A stretch of DNA of 63,293 nt, the filler included, from Cladosporium halotolerans (Eukaryota), in NCBI RefSeq assembly GCF_011745625.1. It is 10 parts of 10 records of this genome, joined end to end, with 100 filler letters (N's around TTAATTAATTAA, not from the genome) between each part and the next. Parts side by side here need not be neighbours in the genome. Positions count along the whole stretch, not along the records: positions 19,455 to 25,773 come from NW_027191652.1; positions 25,874 to 32,188 come from NW_027191653.1; positions 32,289 to 38,558 come from NW_027191654.1; 7 more parts are not named here. One strand, given 5' to 3'. The notes beneath the pieces are model-generated. The model had not been told where the DNA came from. It worked only from the letters and a program-made list of their open reading frames with translations, and did no database searches. Shown in pieces: positions 21,550-33,005 of this stretch. Both the position numbers and the translations under genes were made by a program. Numbering within the stretch: the stretch's first letter is position 1; each line of letters opens with the position of its first letter.

Positions 21550-24500
21550 TCAATCGTTTCGGGTACCGAGAAGCTGTTGAATCTTGCTCACCATCTCTTC
21601 AATCCTGTAGGGCTTGCTGATAACATCGTCCTGACGGATATTAGTTCGGTTGTCATCTTGTCATCCAGTCTTGAGAATAAATGTGCACTCACCATCCCTG
21701 CCGCTTTCCTACAATGCGAAATTTCTCAGGTCAGTACCATGTTTCGATATTGAAAAAGCACCTAGCCGCAGAAGGAAAAGGATGTCTTACATCTTATCCT
21801 GCTGCTCACTCCTCACATTAGCCGTGACCCCCAGGATAGGGAGATATTCGATAGCACCCTTCCTCTCCAGCTCGCGAATCGCTTTCGTCGCCGCATTCCC
21901 GTCCATCCGCGGCATTTCCATGTCCATGAGGCAAATGTCAAAAGCCGCTTCGTCGCCCGTGGAGAGTTTGGGAGCGCTTGTTGCCAAGTCAATAGCTTCT
22001 TTGCCGTCGTTGGCAGTTGTTACGACGTAGCCTTTGGCTTTGAGCTTGCGGCATACAATTTGTTGGTTGATGAGGTTATCTTCGACGAGTAGGACGTGCT
22101 GGTGGTGGTGGTGGTGGTGGTGGTGGTGGTGTGAGATCCTTGGTGAAGAAGTTGAGCGGGCTTCATGTTGGTCTGCTGGATCAGGCAACTGTGATGGGCA
22201 TTTTAGGTCGTGTACAAGCCACGTTTGTCTGTCAAGGGCAGAGATGCAAACCTTCGATTTCTGAGGCACATCGTCTTGTTGGAAATTGTCACGATAGAGC
22301 TTATCCACGGCGTCCTTAGCATGCGAATAATTCGAGCTTCTCGAGACCAGCTCGTCGCCAACTCCTTCATGTGGCGCGCTGCGTAGGTTCTTGATATCAG
22401 CGTCTTCCACGCTCGGCTCTTTGGTCATGTCATCGTGGTCCTGGGGCTGCTTGGATCTTCTGACTTTAAAAAAGAAGCCGAATGTGCTGCCCTCGCCAAC
22501 TTTTGAGCTGACGCCGACTTCGCCGCCGTGGAGGTGACACAGTTTCCGGCTGATATTGAGGCCTAGACCTGAACCGCCGTACATTTCGGCGGTCTTTGGC
22601 GTAGCTTGCCTGCTTGGATAGTTAAGGAGACGCACACACAGAGCTGGAGGGAAATACTAAAACTCACTGCACTACGCGTTAGCCCTCGGGAAACATGGTG
22701 GAACCACATATGCTCCGTGATACGTACCATGAACCGCTCAAAAAGCCGCTGCTGACCTTCCTCACTGATACCAATGCCAGTGTCTTTGACCGCGACCATA
22801 ACGTAAAGCGCCTCGCCGCTCCCCCATTCTGCCGAGTTGGTCGAGTCCACCATCAAGGCATGTTCCTCGGATCTGAAGAAGACGACGTTGGGTGGGTAGC
22901 TCGAAGGACGTTCCATACTGGCTCCAATAGAGATCGATATGTTCTTGTCGCCCTGCGCCTTGACTGTGAACTTGATCGCGTTCGAGACTAGGTTCATCAA
23001 TATTTGCGAAATGCGAGTCATGTCTGCCTTTAAGATATCAGAGGACTGTAGTTAGCGAATTTCCAAAACCGATGGAGACACTGTGCTAGATAAATAAATT
23101 ATCGCTCGCTGTTGAAGCTCGGACTGGGTTGGCACTGTTTGAGCTGACGGCTCACGATTTGGCCTTTGTGAGACGGTGGGACCTGGGGTGCCCAAATTAT
23201 TGGCATTGATAGGAAGCTTACCTTCACCCAAGACACATCAAATTCCGCATAGCTCGGGTCTGCGTTGTAATCCATATCGATATCTTGCCGCCTGAACTCA
23301 GGCGTAAAGAGCTTGAGTGAATTGCCGAGTTCACTATCAGGTAAGCACGTTTTGGGGCTCAGACGCAGCATCGAGGCGTCTAATTTGGAGTAAGACAGCA
23401 CATCGTCGACAAGGCCTTGTTGATGCTAGGCATTTGCAATGTCAAGGTCAGCCTCTCTATCCGTCTTTGTACGAATTTGGCGGGCTTACCTGTATGCAGA
23501 TATTGATGGTCTCGATTGCTTCTTTGATACTGGAAATGTCAAAGTTATTTGGATCGCTGACTGCTTCGTCGATATCCTCTGCGCAGTGAAGCATGGCTGA
23601 TAAAGGGTTGCGAATCTCGTGCGAAATCATATCAATGAACCGTTCTTGCTGCACTCTGGCTTCATTAGCATCCTTGGCAGCTTTTCTCTCGACAAGTGCA
23701 GCGCCTTTTTCGCAGGTAATGTCCACAACGCAGCAAATGAAGCCTCCTTGGTCACAAATGCTTATATGCCGAAGGTCGTCTCCGTCGAATGGCATCATGA
23801 AAAGCAATCGCCATGGCCGTTGTTGCCCCAGCGCCCTGAACTCGGTTCGAAGCTGCTTGTTGGTGGCGAAGGCATTGTGGTACGCTCTCATGACTCTATC
23901 TTGGTCGTCGGGATGGATTGCTTGTGACCACGAGGTGAATTGTTGGTCTTCGCCGCAGTGGACGGTCAATTCGTGGAATGTTCGATTGACGAAGAAAGCC
24001 TGAGCGTTGTGGTCGAGAATCGCTAGGCCTGTTGGCAGCATATCCGCGAAGCGGTTGAAGAATGGGTGCTTATCGAAAGCATTATTGTCAGGAGCTGTTC
24101 TTTGCTGATTCGGATCAAGGTTGGGTTTGGCGTTTTCCCCCGGGCTCTGGGATTCCAGTTGGTCAGATGGCACAGGTTGCTTATCTATGGTTTCTCCATG
24201 GCAGCTCGATTTTGGTATCAATTGCACGAGCGAACCATGTGCGCCAACTTGCTCTGGCTTCGCCTCGTCAAACAAAGGACTGATAGACACGGTATAGTTC
24301 CCGGCTTCGTCTCCGACATTATGTTGGTAAAAAGCAGGGCTGCCGATTCTTTTCTGGGCTTTGTCTTGCAAGGAGGCAGATAAGGCGTTGAAGGCGTCTG
24401 CGGACACTTTGCCGCTCTGTGATTTACCTTGACCGTCAATTCCAGTTGCCTTGCTCCACTCGTCGTTGTGGAAAGAAACCATTGCTTCGCCCCAATAGAC

Positions 24501-24740
24501 ACAGGCAGGATGAGGAAAAGACATGATAGCCTTGCTGTAACTCAACAATGTCTCTGGCCATGTCCCCGGCATTCCGAGTTGCAGCGCTTCCCACGCCTGT
24601 TTATCTCCAGGCAAGGCATCTTGCATCTGGTCTGCAAAGCTCTCCAAAGCATCCGGGTGTGTTTCGTCTGCAAGTCGTGCTTTCGTATTCGAAAGTGGCT
24701 CTCTTTGGCGTTCTGAGTCGCTTCGTTGGAGCGTCGACAT
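21550..24740 (-). CDS. Hybrid sensor histidine kinase (PAS, HisKA, HATPase, receiver)
   Basis: Exons 24740-23490, 23425-23222, 23027-22729, 22609-21791, 21708-21693, 21630-21550. H-box [14 protein letters not shown]-box [14 protein letters not shown]1 DTGIG, G2 GGSGLGL, receiver LVEDN...[11 protein letters not shown]...KP. His10 tract from a CAC repeat near 22100-22130. Confidence 0.93.
22610..22728 (-). other. Predicted spliceosomal twin intron (stwintron), [D1,2] with alternative [A2,3] route
   Basis: G|GTACGT...GCTAAC...TGCAG|TGAGTT...CTTAAC...AAGCAG. Sequential excision yields in-frame RFMQATPKT; a single GT-AG excision frameshifts. Confidence 0.8.
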
Positions 24741-25365
24741 AGCGTTTGGCTTGTGGGCGAATCAGATATTCAATTGTCGAGCTGGTGAGTTTTCGTGAAG
24801 TTGTAGAAAGCTGCGAACATGATGTCGTCAATTAATGGTCGCGAGCCTCGTCTTTTCGATCGACAAAGGCCTGGCCAGGAGCTGTCTCCGTTCACACGAG
24901 AGCCGGAGAGCGGCGGGTCGTCCGTAGCATGACACCATCATGTGTCACGACATGCATGTGCTCCGCCCTGCCAAAGACTGAATAAAATGCAGAAATCGGT
25001 GATCTGTCAAATGCCGCAATTTCGTGTAACGGTATACCGGAGACATGCAACCATAGATAATAGGCAACCAGCTCCTGCGTACCTATGGAAGTCACCACGC
25101 ACCACCGTCATACGACACCCACAATTGAAACCATACCGCATGCATCTCAACACACACCAGACTGCGCCGAGTCAAGTCTTTCTGAGCATGACTGTTGGTA
25201 TGCTGCGCAGCTGCGGCGATCTACGGCTAAGGTGCACTGATCCTCCGATTCTCCGAAAGTTTTGGGATTGCCAAGCTCAACTTGATTCTCACTGGTCTTG
25301 AAGCATGAGAAGTCGATGGAGCGAAAGACAGGAAGATACATTGACGACAAAGCTTTGCACTTCTA

Positions 25366-25773
25366 CTACGCGTCCACATGGATGTAGACGTCGTCTCTGA
25401 AATGGTTGCCGCCTCCTGCCATCTTACACCTCTTGGCCAATTCTACATAAACCGCTCTGCAAACCTTGCCTCTCACTGTCTCATCAAAATCCTTGCTTTG
25501 CCAGGTGATTCTCAAGAGGTCTTTTGCCCTTCGCACAGTAGAGGCTTGTGCATCCCTAACCTCATAGATGAAACCTGCAAGCTTCCTTTCATGTTCACCC
25601 TGAAGACCCTCTATTGGTGCCAAATCTGGCGAATTACCTGGATGGTTTACAAACACGATACCTTGCTGTTGAATCTCGGGCTGCAATAGCTGTCTGGCTT
25701 TCAGATGCGGTCCATGATTATCCTCTTGTATCACCACTCTCCTGCCTGGGTTGCGTCTACATATCTCGCGATA
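25366..25773 (-). mobile_element. Tc1-like (DDE_3) transposase, C-terminal part
   Basis: VIQEDNHGPH...HPGNSPDLAPIE; frame open into the gap. Possible terminal repeat near 25241-25270. Confidence 0.8.
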
Positions 25774-26663
25774 NNNNNNNNNNNNNNNNNNNNNNNNNNN
25801 NNNNNNNNNNNNNNNNNTTAATTAATTAANNNNNNNNNNNNNNNNNNNNNNNNNNNNNNNNNNNNNNNNNNNNCAGCCTCCACCTTACGATGCTAGAGTC
25901 TGACGCTTGTAATGGATATGTCGCAAGTTTTTCGGGGACATAAAGCGACAACTCGGCGTTTTGTCCGCGCCGCAGAGATGAATTTAGATCAGTAGATCCG
26001 GGGGACGATTGACGGCAAATTGACAAAGAGTCAAGAATAAACCTAACGTGCGCAATCCAGCGTGATGGCACCAGTTTGCTACAGTACTGAAAGCGTGAAC
26101 ACATACCATTTTGTCGCACGAGATGTTATCCATGAACGTCGCAATGAAGGGTCATTTTGAAATGGTGGAGCTTCTGTCAAATGAGGGCAATGCACCCATG
26201 ACGTTGCGACATTGGCTCGGGTCGGTGGCGTCGAGTTGAGCAGCAGCGACGAACCATCATCCTGCCGCCCTTTTTCTCGGTTGTCGAAGATCGATCCGGT
26301 GCCCAAACCTTTCCTGGCGGAGGTAAGGCCGCAGTAGGGGCATGAATCTACCACACCATAATGTGGCGTTGTAGTCGGATATGCTAAAATGAAGGGCCGG
26401 AATGCTGGCTGCTATGGTCGTGCTCAGTCTCGGCCTTCACATGATTTTGGGGAGATACTGGGAGTGGCGGTCGATGAAATCATTGCTGGCTTACGGACCA
26501 GGCGACTCTTGCGGGACATAGCACAGAACTTACGGGCAGGGCTGTCAGCACGGGAGCGTCTCCACAACTTTACGGTATGCTCAGCCTCCCATCATCTTCA
26601 GCTCACGACCTCTGACCCCTTTGACTTCTTCAACGTTGAACATAACGCCTTTGAGCGCACGCT

Positions 26664-27341
26664 ATGATACGACTACAGAGCTTCGATGGACTTGTATTAG
26701 AAGTCGGTATGCAACAGCATGGCTTTTTGTGTTGATGTCGACCGGCCGTATCCCGGAAGAAGCTGACGCATTCTCGCAGAGAGCCGTGTGGCCCGCGAGT
26801 CTGGATATCTGAAGAAATTCCTACTTGGAGGAGATAGTGCCGAGTCCCATACTATCTTTCTGCCCAAAGTTAGCTTGAAGCATTACTCAACTTCCGGAGA
26901 GGCAGTATCGTTGACACTGGCTAGATTGAGGGTAACACGCTACGGTTGCTATTCGATTGGTGCAATCAATTCGCACACAGAAGCAGACCGATTAGCAAAA
27001 GCGGCGATCAATTGCTCATGCCGTGGCAGAAGCTTTTCCTCCAAGAGTTGGACAGTAAAATGATGATGCGAATTTTCTGCGCAGCCGTTCGTCTGAACGT
27101 GGACCACCTTGTTGCCGCCTGCTGTCATTTCCTTGTCAGATACCGCGAAACAGCACTCACTGAAGCGATATCTGCCGGACAAGACGGCGAGGAGACCGCG
27201 CTGTGCTCTGCGATAAGGAGTCATCTCCGTCACGCACGGAAGCTTCATATGAAAAGAAAGCGGATGCAGGAGCTGCTGGCTCATGCGAGAGGCTTGACTC
27301 TTGCAGATGTTTTACAGACGCACAAGGCGAGGGCAGACTGA
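26664..27341 (+). CDS. Divergent Skp1-like protein (182 aa, 3 exons)
   Basis: Exons 26664-26706, 26780-26868, 26925-27341 with canonical introns give MIRLQSFDGLVLEVESRVARESGYLKKFL...TIFLPKIEGNTLRLLFDWC...WQKLFLQELDSKMMMRIFCAAVRLNVDHLVAACC, matching the Skp1 POZ and dimerisation patterns. Confidence 0.8.
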
Positions 27342-28287
27342 GCACACATTAGACCAGAGTCACAATGACGATTTCGGTGTGGAACGTGATTATTGGGCGG
27401 AAGGATCAATGAGCATAGCAGTCAAAAGGAGGAAAATCGTAACAGCATGAAAGTATCAAATGTTATCGCAAAGCGCTGTTAGAGGAGCAAGGTCAGGAAT
27501 GACTTGTCGACGAGCATTGGTCAAACATTTTTCACACCATGCTGTATGAAGTAACACAATACGTACTGTATTTGCAAGTATCTTGCCAGATGTCCAGTCA
27601 GGCGTCGCGTGCAATTTGATCGCAGTGAGGCTTCTCAAATTCACGCTCAATGCACGTGGCTGGGTCAAGCTCGGGTGCGACCAGGTTCACACATCATACC
27701 TTCCATATCTTAGGTGTTCAAGGCCGAAACCGTATTGTTGCCGTCGAAAAACGCACCCCGAGAAGGAAGATATTATCTGGACATGCAGTGCAAGGAGATC
27801 AGAACAGCGATCATGTTCCACTAATCAGCCGAAGCAGTGGCGACGTCGTATCGGGACACTATCGCCGGGACATGGCACGAGTCGGTCGTCAACCAAGTCT
27901 GCAGAGACGACTGGTGGTTCACAGCACAAGGTGAACACCAGGCGCCTGTGGAGAGGCTGGAGGGCAGAAGAGGCGCCCGAACGCTCGTATCAGCCTCGTC
28001 AGTATAGTGGCAAATGACCAGTGTCGAAGCTTTACGCGCCACCAGCGAGTTTCACATCGACTCCCAAGATTGACGTGTGGGTCTGTGCCGATGTGTTCCC
28101 CTGCAGCAGACGCTGCATCTAAATCTACTTGCTGGTGGGTTGCGGGAAGAAGTCAGAGGGGGGCCCGAAAGATTTGTGCGTGGGGGCCAACCTCCGGCAA
28201 ACCTGTGCGTTTCCCAGCGTAGCGGGTCCTCCTTGTCCAGATCACCCGACCGTCGACTGGGTCATCCAGGCACACGCGGCAATACAA

Positions 28288-28294
28288 TATAAAA
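28288..28294 (+). promoter_or_regulatory. TATA box candidate
   Basis: TATAAAA about 175 nt upstream of ATG 28467. Confidence 0.45.
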
Positions 28295-28466
28295 GCGTTC
28301 CGCACAGCTCGGCCAGAACTTGGTCTGAGGACACCAAGCTCATCGTTAGAAGTGCTACTTCAAGACATTCCTCGACTCCATCTGTTTCCCTTTTTTCCAC
28401 TAGGCCAATAAATTCCAACAAATCAACCCAACGCCACCTTCACTGGGAGGCTCAAACCCGGTCAGA

Positions 28467-29402
28467 ATGCGGTTTCAATCCAGCTTCGTCCTGCCGTGCG
28501 TCATCTCCGGTACGCTTGCAGCCCCCCACTACTTCGAAGGGTCGTTCTCCAGCTTCAAAGCACTGAGCGTGATGCCTGGAGCGGACATCACGAAGGAGCT
28601 CTACAATAGCTGCACGGGGTTCGACGCTTCCGGAAAGGCTGTGAGCACTGGCAATGTTTGCGTCAAAGAGCTTCTGTGGGACACACTTGCAGTCTTATTG
28701 GCCACGTCGGGAGGGATGCAAACGCCCGCAAATGCGGTATCCAATGACACTGTCCTGGACGTGGGACGTGCGTCCGTGACGAGCTATCCCGTCACGACTC
28801 CGGCGACCTCACAGCAGGCTGCAGCCTCGCAGGCAACTGGAAGCAAGCACAAACGCATGGGCGACGCCGGGGAGACTGCACTTTTGAAGCGAGTCAACGA
28901 CAATCTTTCGGAGGCTCTGCATGGAGAGCACTCCATTCGAGCCGTATCGGTCGGTCACTCAGACATTCACCCCACAGACGGCATCGCGATTCGGACCAAC
29001 GTGCAAAATAGCGGAGCATTCTTCCACGTGCACACCAATGGCTCCCATGCAACTGCTACTCTCAACAGAGATGCTTCCTCCAGCATGCGACGCCGGGGCC
29101 AGGATTCTACGGGAAAGCGTTCGTATGAGTTCTCGAAAAATATGTGGGGCGTCAAAGTGCAGATCAACAAGGGAAACGGTGGAGATATCAATATGAGTGA
29201 CCTGGATGCATACATTGCGGCTTTCACATACGGTAACGGCGAATCTGAGCCAGCGTTGAAGGAGTCAGATGACTGGAAGATATCTGTGTGTGACAGAGAT
29301 CGCAAGGTTCAATTGCTCTTTGGCAAAGTGGTCTCGCTGCAGCGTCCTTCTGACAATGGCTACGACCATCCTGAGGATTGGATGAACTGCAACAGAGAGT
29401 AG
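28467..29402 (+). CDS. Putative secreted protein (effector candidate) with dibasic processing sites
   Basis: 311-aa ORF with signal-like N-terminus MRFQSSFVLPCVISGTLA|AP and KR/RR sites (KHKR, LLKR, MRRR, TGKR). Confidence 0.75.
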   Translation: MRFQSSFVLPCVISGTLAAPHYFEGSFSSFKALSVMPGADITKELYNSCTGFDASGKAVSTGNVCVKELLWDTLAVLLATSGGMQTPANAVSNDTVLDVGRASVTSYPVTTPATSQQAAASQATGSKHKRMGDAGETALLKRVNDNLSEALHGEHSIRAVSVGHSDIHPTDGIAIRTNVQNSGAFFHVHTNGSHATATLNRDASSSMRRRGQDSTGKRSYEFSKNMWGVKVQINKGNGGDINMSDLDAYIAAFTYGNGESEPALKESDDWKISVCDRDRKVQLLFGKVVSLQRPSDNGYDHPEDWMNCNRE

Positions 29403-31050
29403 CCCCAGGCAAGAAGTAAAGCGACTTAGATCTGTCGTTGGGACCGGAGCGTCGATGGAGATTTGGGGTTCTCTCGGTAGCACAATGTATATCTCAAAGC
29501 TTCCAAGGGCATGCGTAGCCTGAGCTCCGAAGAAATAATGCTACATTCAAGACAGATTCTCTCCATTCTTCGCTGTTCCCCCATGCTTCGAGCGGTCATT
29601 GCCGAACAAACCTCGAAAGAATTAACGCGCATAATTGCTCGCACAGATCACGTTTGAAATGGTGGTAGTGACGACCACTAGGGCCGTCAGGTGCGGGCTT
29701 ATGGACTCCCAATTTGAACGGACGTTGAAGAATCGCCATGCAAAGAGAGCATTGCCCGTCCAGAAGCAAAGACACTTGAGAAGCCTGAGGGGACGTCAAC
29801 AATTGCAAAGCACTCGAATGGGTTCAGTGTCTGGCCAGAACTAGATCATGGGAATGCCCGTCGCTTCTCGGCTCAGCATCCAAAAAGCGAAGAGAAAAGC
29901 ACCCACGGCCTGTGATATCAGCCATGTTGAGCGGGCCGCTACTTGCACTTTGCCCTCAATGTGGCAAATGGATATGAAGAACGTCAGGTTTGAGACTGTA
30001 GTCGCATCACGGACGGCAGAGGTGCTGCGGAGCCGGAGTCAGCAACTCTTGCTCGTTGGATAATTTACGCAGAAACTCTCACAGCGTTGAGCTCACGTTG
30101 CGTACGCGAATTTGTCCGAGCTGCGGACGCGAGCCAAGAGCAGAGGAGGATTAGAGGAGAGAATCCATAGAAGACGACAAGAAAATCATGAACCAAGCAA
30201 TATATTTGCGGAGGGTCAAGAAGGGCACCGTCAGATGATATCAGCGAGGGCCACATGGAGGTGTCTTGCATCTTCAAGAGGGCAGCGTAGACAGAGACGC
30301 GGTGCGGTGAGTTGCAAATTTTCTTCATGGCGGACGAACCGCGTGTTGGAACACGGTGGTAGGAACGCATTTCAGGGGGATTTTTGATTACCGTCGAGTC
30401 TGGCAACACCCGAATTAACGTTACCACGGCTAGAGCCTACTGGCGAGTAGTGCGAGAACTATCGGTCCCGACCGCCTTTAACTCCATTGCCGACACGGTC
30501 CCAGTCTGTCGATCTGCTGTGAATGTGTATGCAATGCAACACATGCAGTACCAGGGCTCAGAGGAGCTTACTTAAATTTACGTCGAAGACGTGCAAGATT
30601 TCGTAGTGTGGCACTCAATTGACTGACGTTCCGAAGAACATCTGTTGAAGTGGAGAATTGACTGCAGCCATGACTCGCTCAAAATTCACCGGCGGATTCA
30701 AGTACGGAAGGTTGAGCGTTGAGCGATCGTGCACCCATGCAGATGTCAATCGCCTGAAAAGGCCGCAAGGCGCCACAAGCGACCCTCAGGCCGGAGGTGC
30801 AACCATTGCTGGGCGTAGGCATGCGACAGGATCGGCCTGCGGCAAGGATGAAGCCGTCTTGTCTTGCAGTAGCATGAGCGGACCCGCAATGGCGCTTTCA
30901 ATAATGACAGCCACCGCTTGAAGAACCATCGCAACCGCTATCTTTTCGACGGAGTACGAGCTCAAATCATCGCAGCTTTGGTTCCATTCGTTCGCGCACT
31001 CTGGCGAAACCACAGTGCGAACGCAACTTCATGGACAGCCGCGCAGAACG

Positions 31051-32188
31051 ATGGGCATCAACGATCTTCCAACAGAGATACTTCACAACATCCTCACGCG
31101 AGCCGTGAGTGCTAACGGAACAAACGAAGTCCGCTTCACTTATGGTCTCCGCTCCTCTTTCGAGCCGCGGTCGTCAAAGGTCGACAGATATGTGCGGAGT
31201 CCATCGCGCGACGACTTTGTCGCCATGGACGCTGCCCAAGCGATCAGACGGGTGTGCACTGGATGGGGCAGCTGGGTTGTCTGCCACACCTTTCAGCACA
31301 TCCGCGAGCAACGCCCTGTGGGTAACGAACGCTGGGCCGACTTGACTTCCTGCCGCGCGAAATATCCGCTGTACGAGCTGGTTGATGCTCCAAGAGGGAC
31401 ATTTGTGAAACGCGATCCCCACCTCAACTTGACAAAGACGTACGAGCTCCTGACCCAATCCTCTGCGGTCTCACAGCATGTGCGGCGTCTGTGGTTTGAT
31501 GGCTTCCACACCGTCACGACCGACGGTTGGATTCTTTCAATCGCACAGTCTTGCCCCAACTTGGAGATCTTAACCATTCCTTGGACGGTGCTCCGACGCG
31601 GATGCCCAGAACACTGGGCGAACTTGCTCAAATCAACAACCTCCGATGGCAGAGCGCTTCGATCGCTAGAGGTTCGAAGCTCGCACTTGACCGCGGATGA
31701 GGTTCATCAACTGGATCGAACGAAAGTATCAGACCCTCTCAGAGACCCACACGTAAGCTTTGGTCGGCTCCGACGACTTCGACTGTCGGGTGATACGCGA
31801 GTGTCTCCGGTGATCGACAATGATCTTTTGGCCGTCGCGAAGACCGCCACAAATCTAGAAAGTCTCCAAGTCGCCGGAAGCTCGACTATCACGGTCCATG
31901 GCGTCATGGCTGTCGCAAAGGCTTCGGAACAATATTTACGTTTCCTGGAGTATAGGCCGCTGCCTCTTGCGACGGATAAAGCCCGGCACCTTTCGGCTGA
32001 TGAGGAGGCGCACAATTGCAGTATCCTCAGCGCCCTGTCAAGACTGGTGGACTTCGACATCTCGCTCCCTTCAGTCTGTGCAAATTTGTTCGCGAATCCA
32101 GCGAGTATCTGGCGAGGGACTTGTACCGTACGCTCTGACAGAGTCTGTTCCAGAATGCACAAGGACAAAGCGCAAGACGAAGCCCAGC
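31051..32188 (+). CDS. F-box / LRR-like protein, 3'-truncated at gap
   Basis: MGINDLPTEILHNIL F-box start; LRR-like units CPNLEILTI, LRSLEV, LRRLRL, NLESLQV. Confidence 0.8.
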
Positions 32189-32288
32189 NNNNNNNNNNNN
32201 NNNNNNNNNNNNNNNNNNNNNNNNNNNNNNNNTTAATTAATTAANNNNNNNNNNNNNNNNNNNNNNNNNNNNNNNNNNNNNNNNNNNN

Positions 32289-33005
32289 GGGTCACGTCAG
32301 TCAAGCTGGATACGCCGCCGGCAACACGTTCCAAGACGCGCTCGCGCACTATCGCCGAAGTCGAAGCTTACCCGCGGTCACCATTGACATGGGCCCGATG
32401 TTGGACGTTGGTGCGGGAAACGACGGCACTGTGTCGGCAGGTTTGTCGACTTCAGAAGCCACTTGGATGACGGAAGCTGATCTTCACGCCATAATGATCA
32501 TGTGCATATCCGGAGAGATTACCAGTTGTAATTTTCCGCCGCAACTGTGCACCGGACTCCCCTCTGGAGGAATGCTGCAACTGGGTCAACATGAAACGCC
32601 GGAATATTACGACCGACCAATCTTTGCGCTTCTGAAATGCTTGGGCGTCTCCGCTGCCGCGGGAAAAGACAACAAAGTGCTCAGCCGCCGATCAAAGGAC
32701 TTCAGTCACCAAATTTCAGCCGTGACTTCGATGGAAGAGGCGCGAAAGTGTATTGTGAGTGCTGTCAAAGCTCATTTGGCGAAAGGCCTGCGTCGCTCCG
32801 CTGATTCGATCAAGTCATCGCAACCATTGCATTCGTACAGCATCGATTCTCTCGGTGCTATGGGATTCCGAAATTGGGTCCGGGAGACGAGAAAGCCGAT
32901 GTGAGTATGTTTGACGTACTCAACGCAAGGAGCATTAAAGAGCTGGCTGCGAAAATTGTAAGGATCTCTGAGTTGATTCCAGAGGGACTCGAGTCAGGGG
33001 AGTGA
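32289..33005 (+). pseudogene. 3' end of a reducing polyketide synthase (KR + ACP), frameshift in the ACP
   Basis: SQAGYAAGNTFQDALAHYRR...PAVTIDMG (KR) and YSIDSLGAMGFRNWV (ACP). The continuation KADVSMFDVL...SIKELAAKI lies in another frame after about 32890. Confidence 0.85.
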
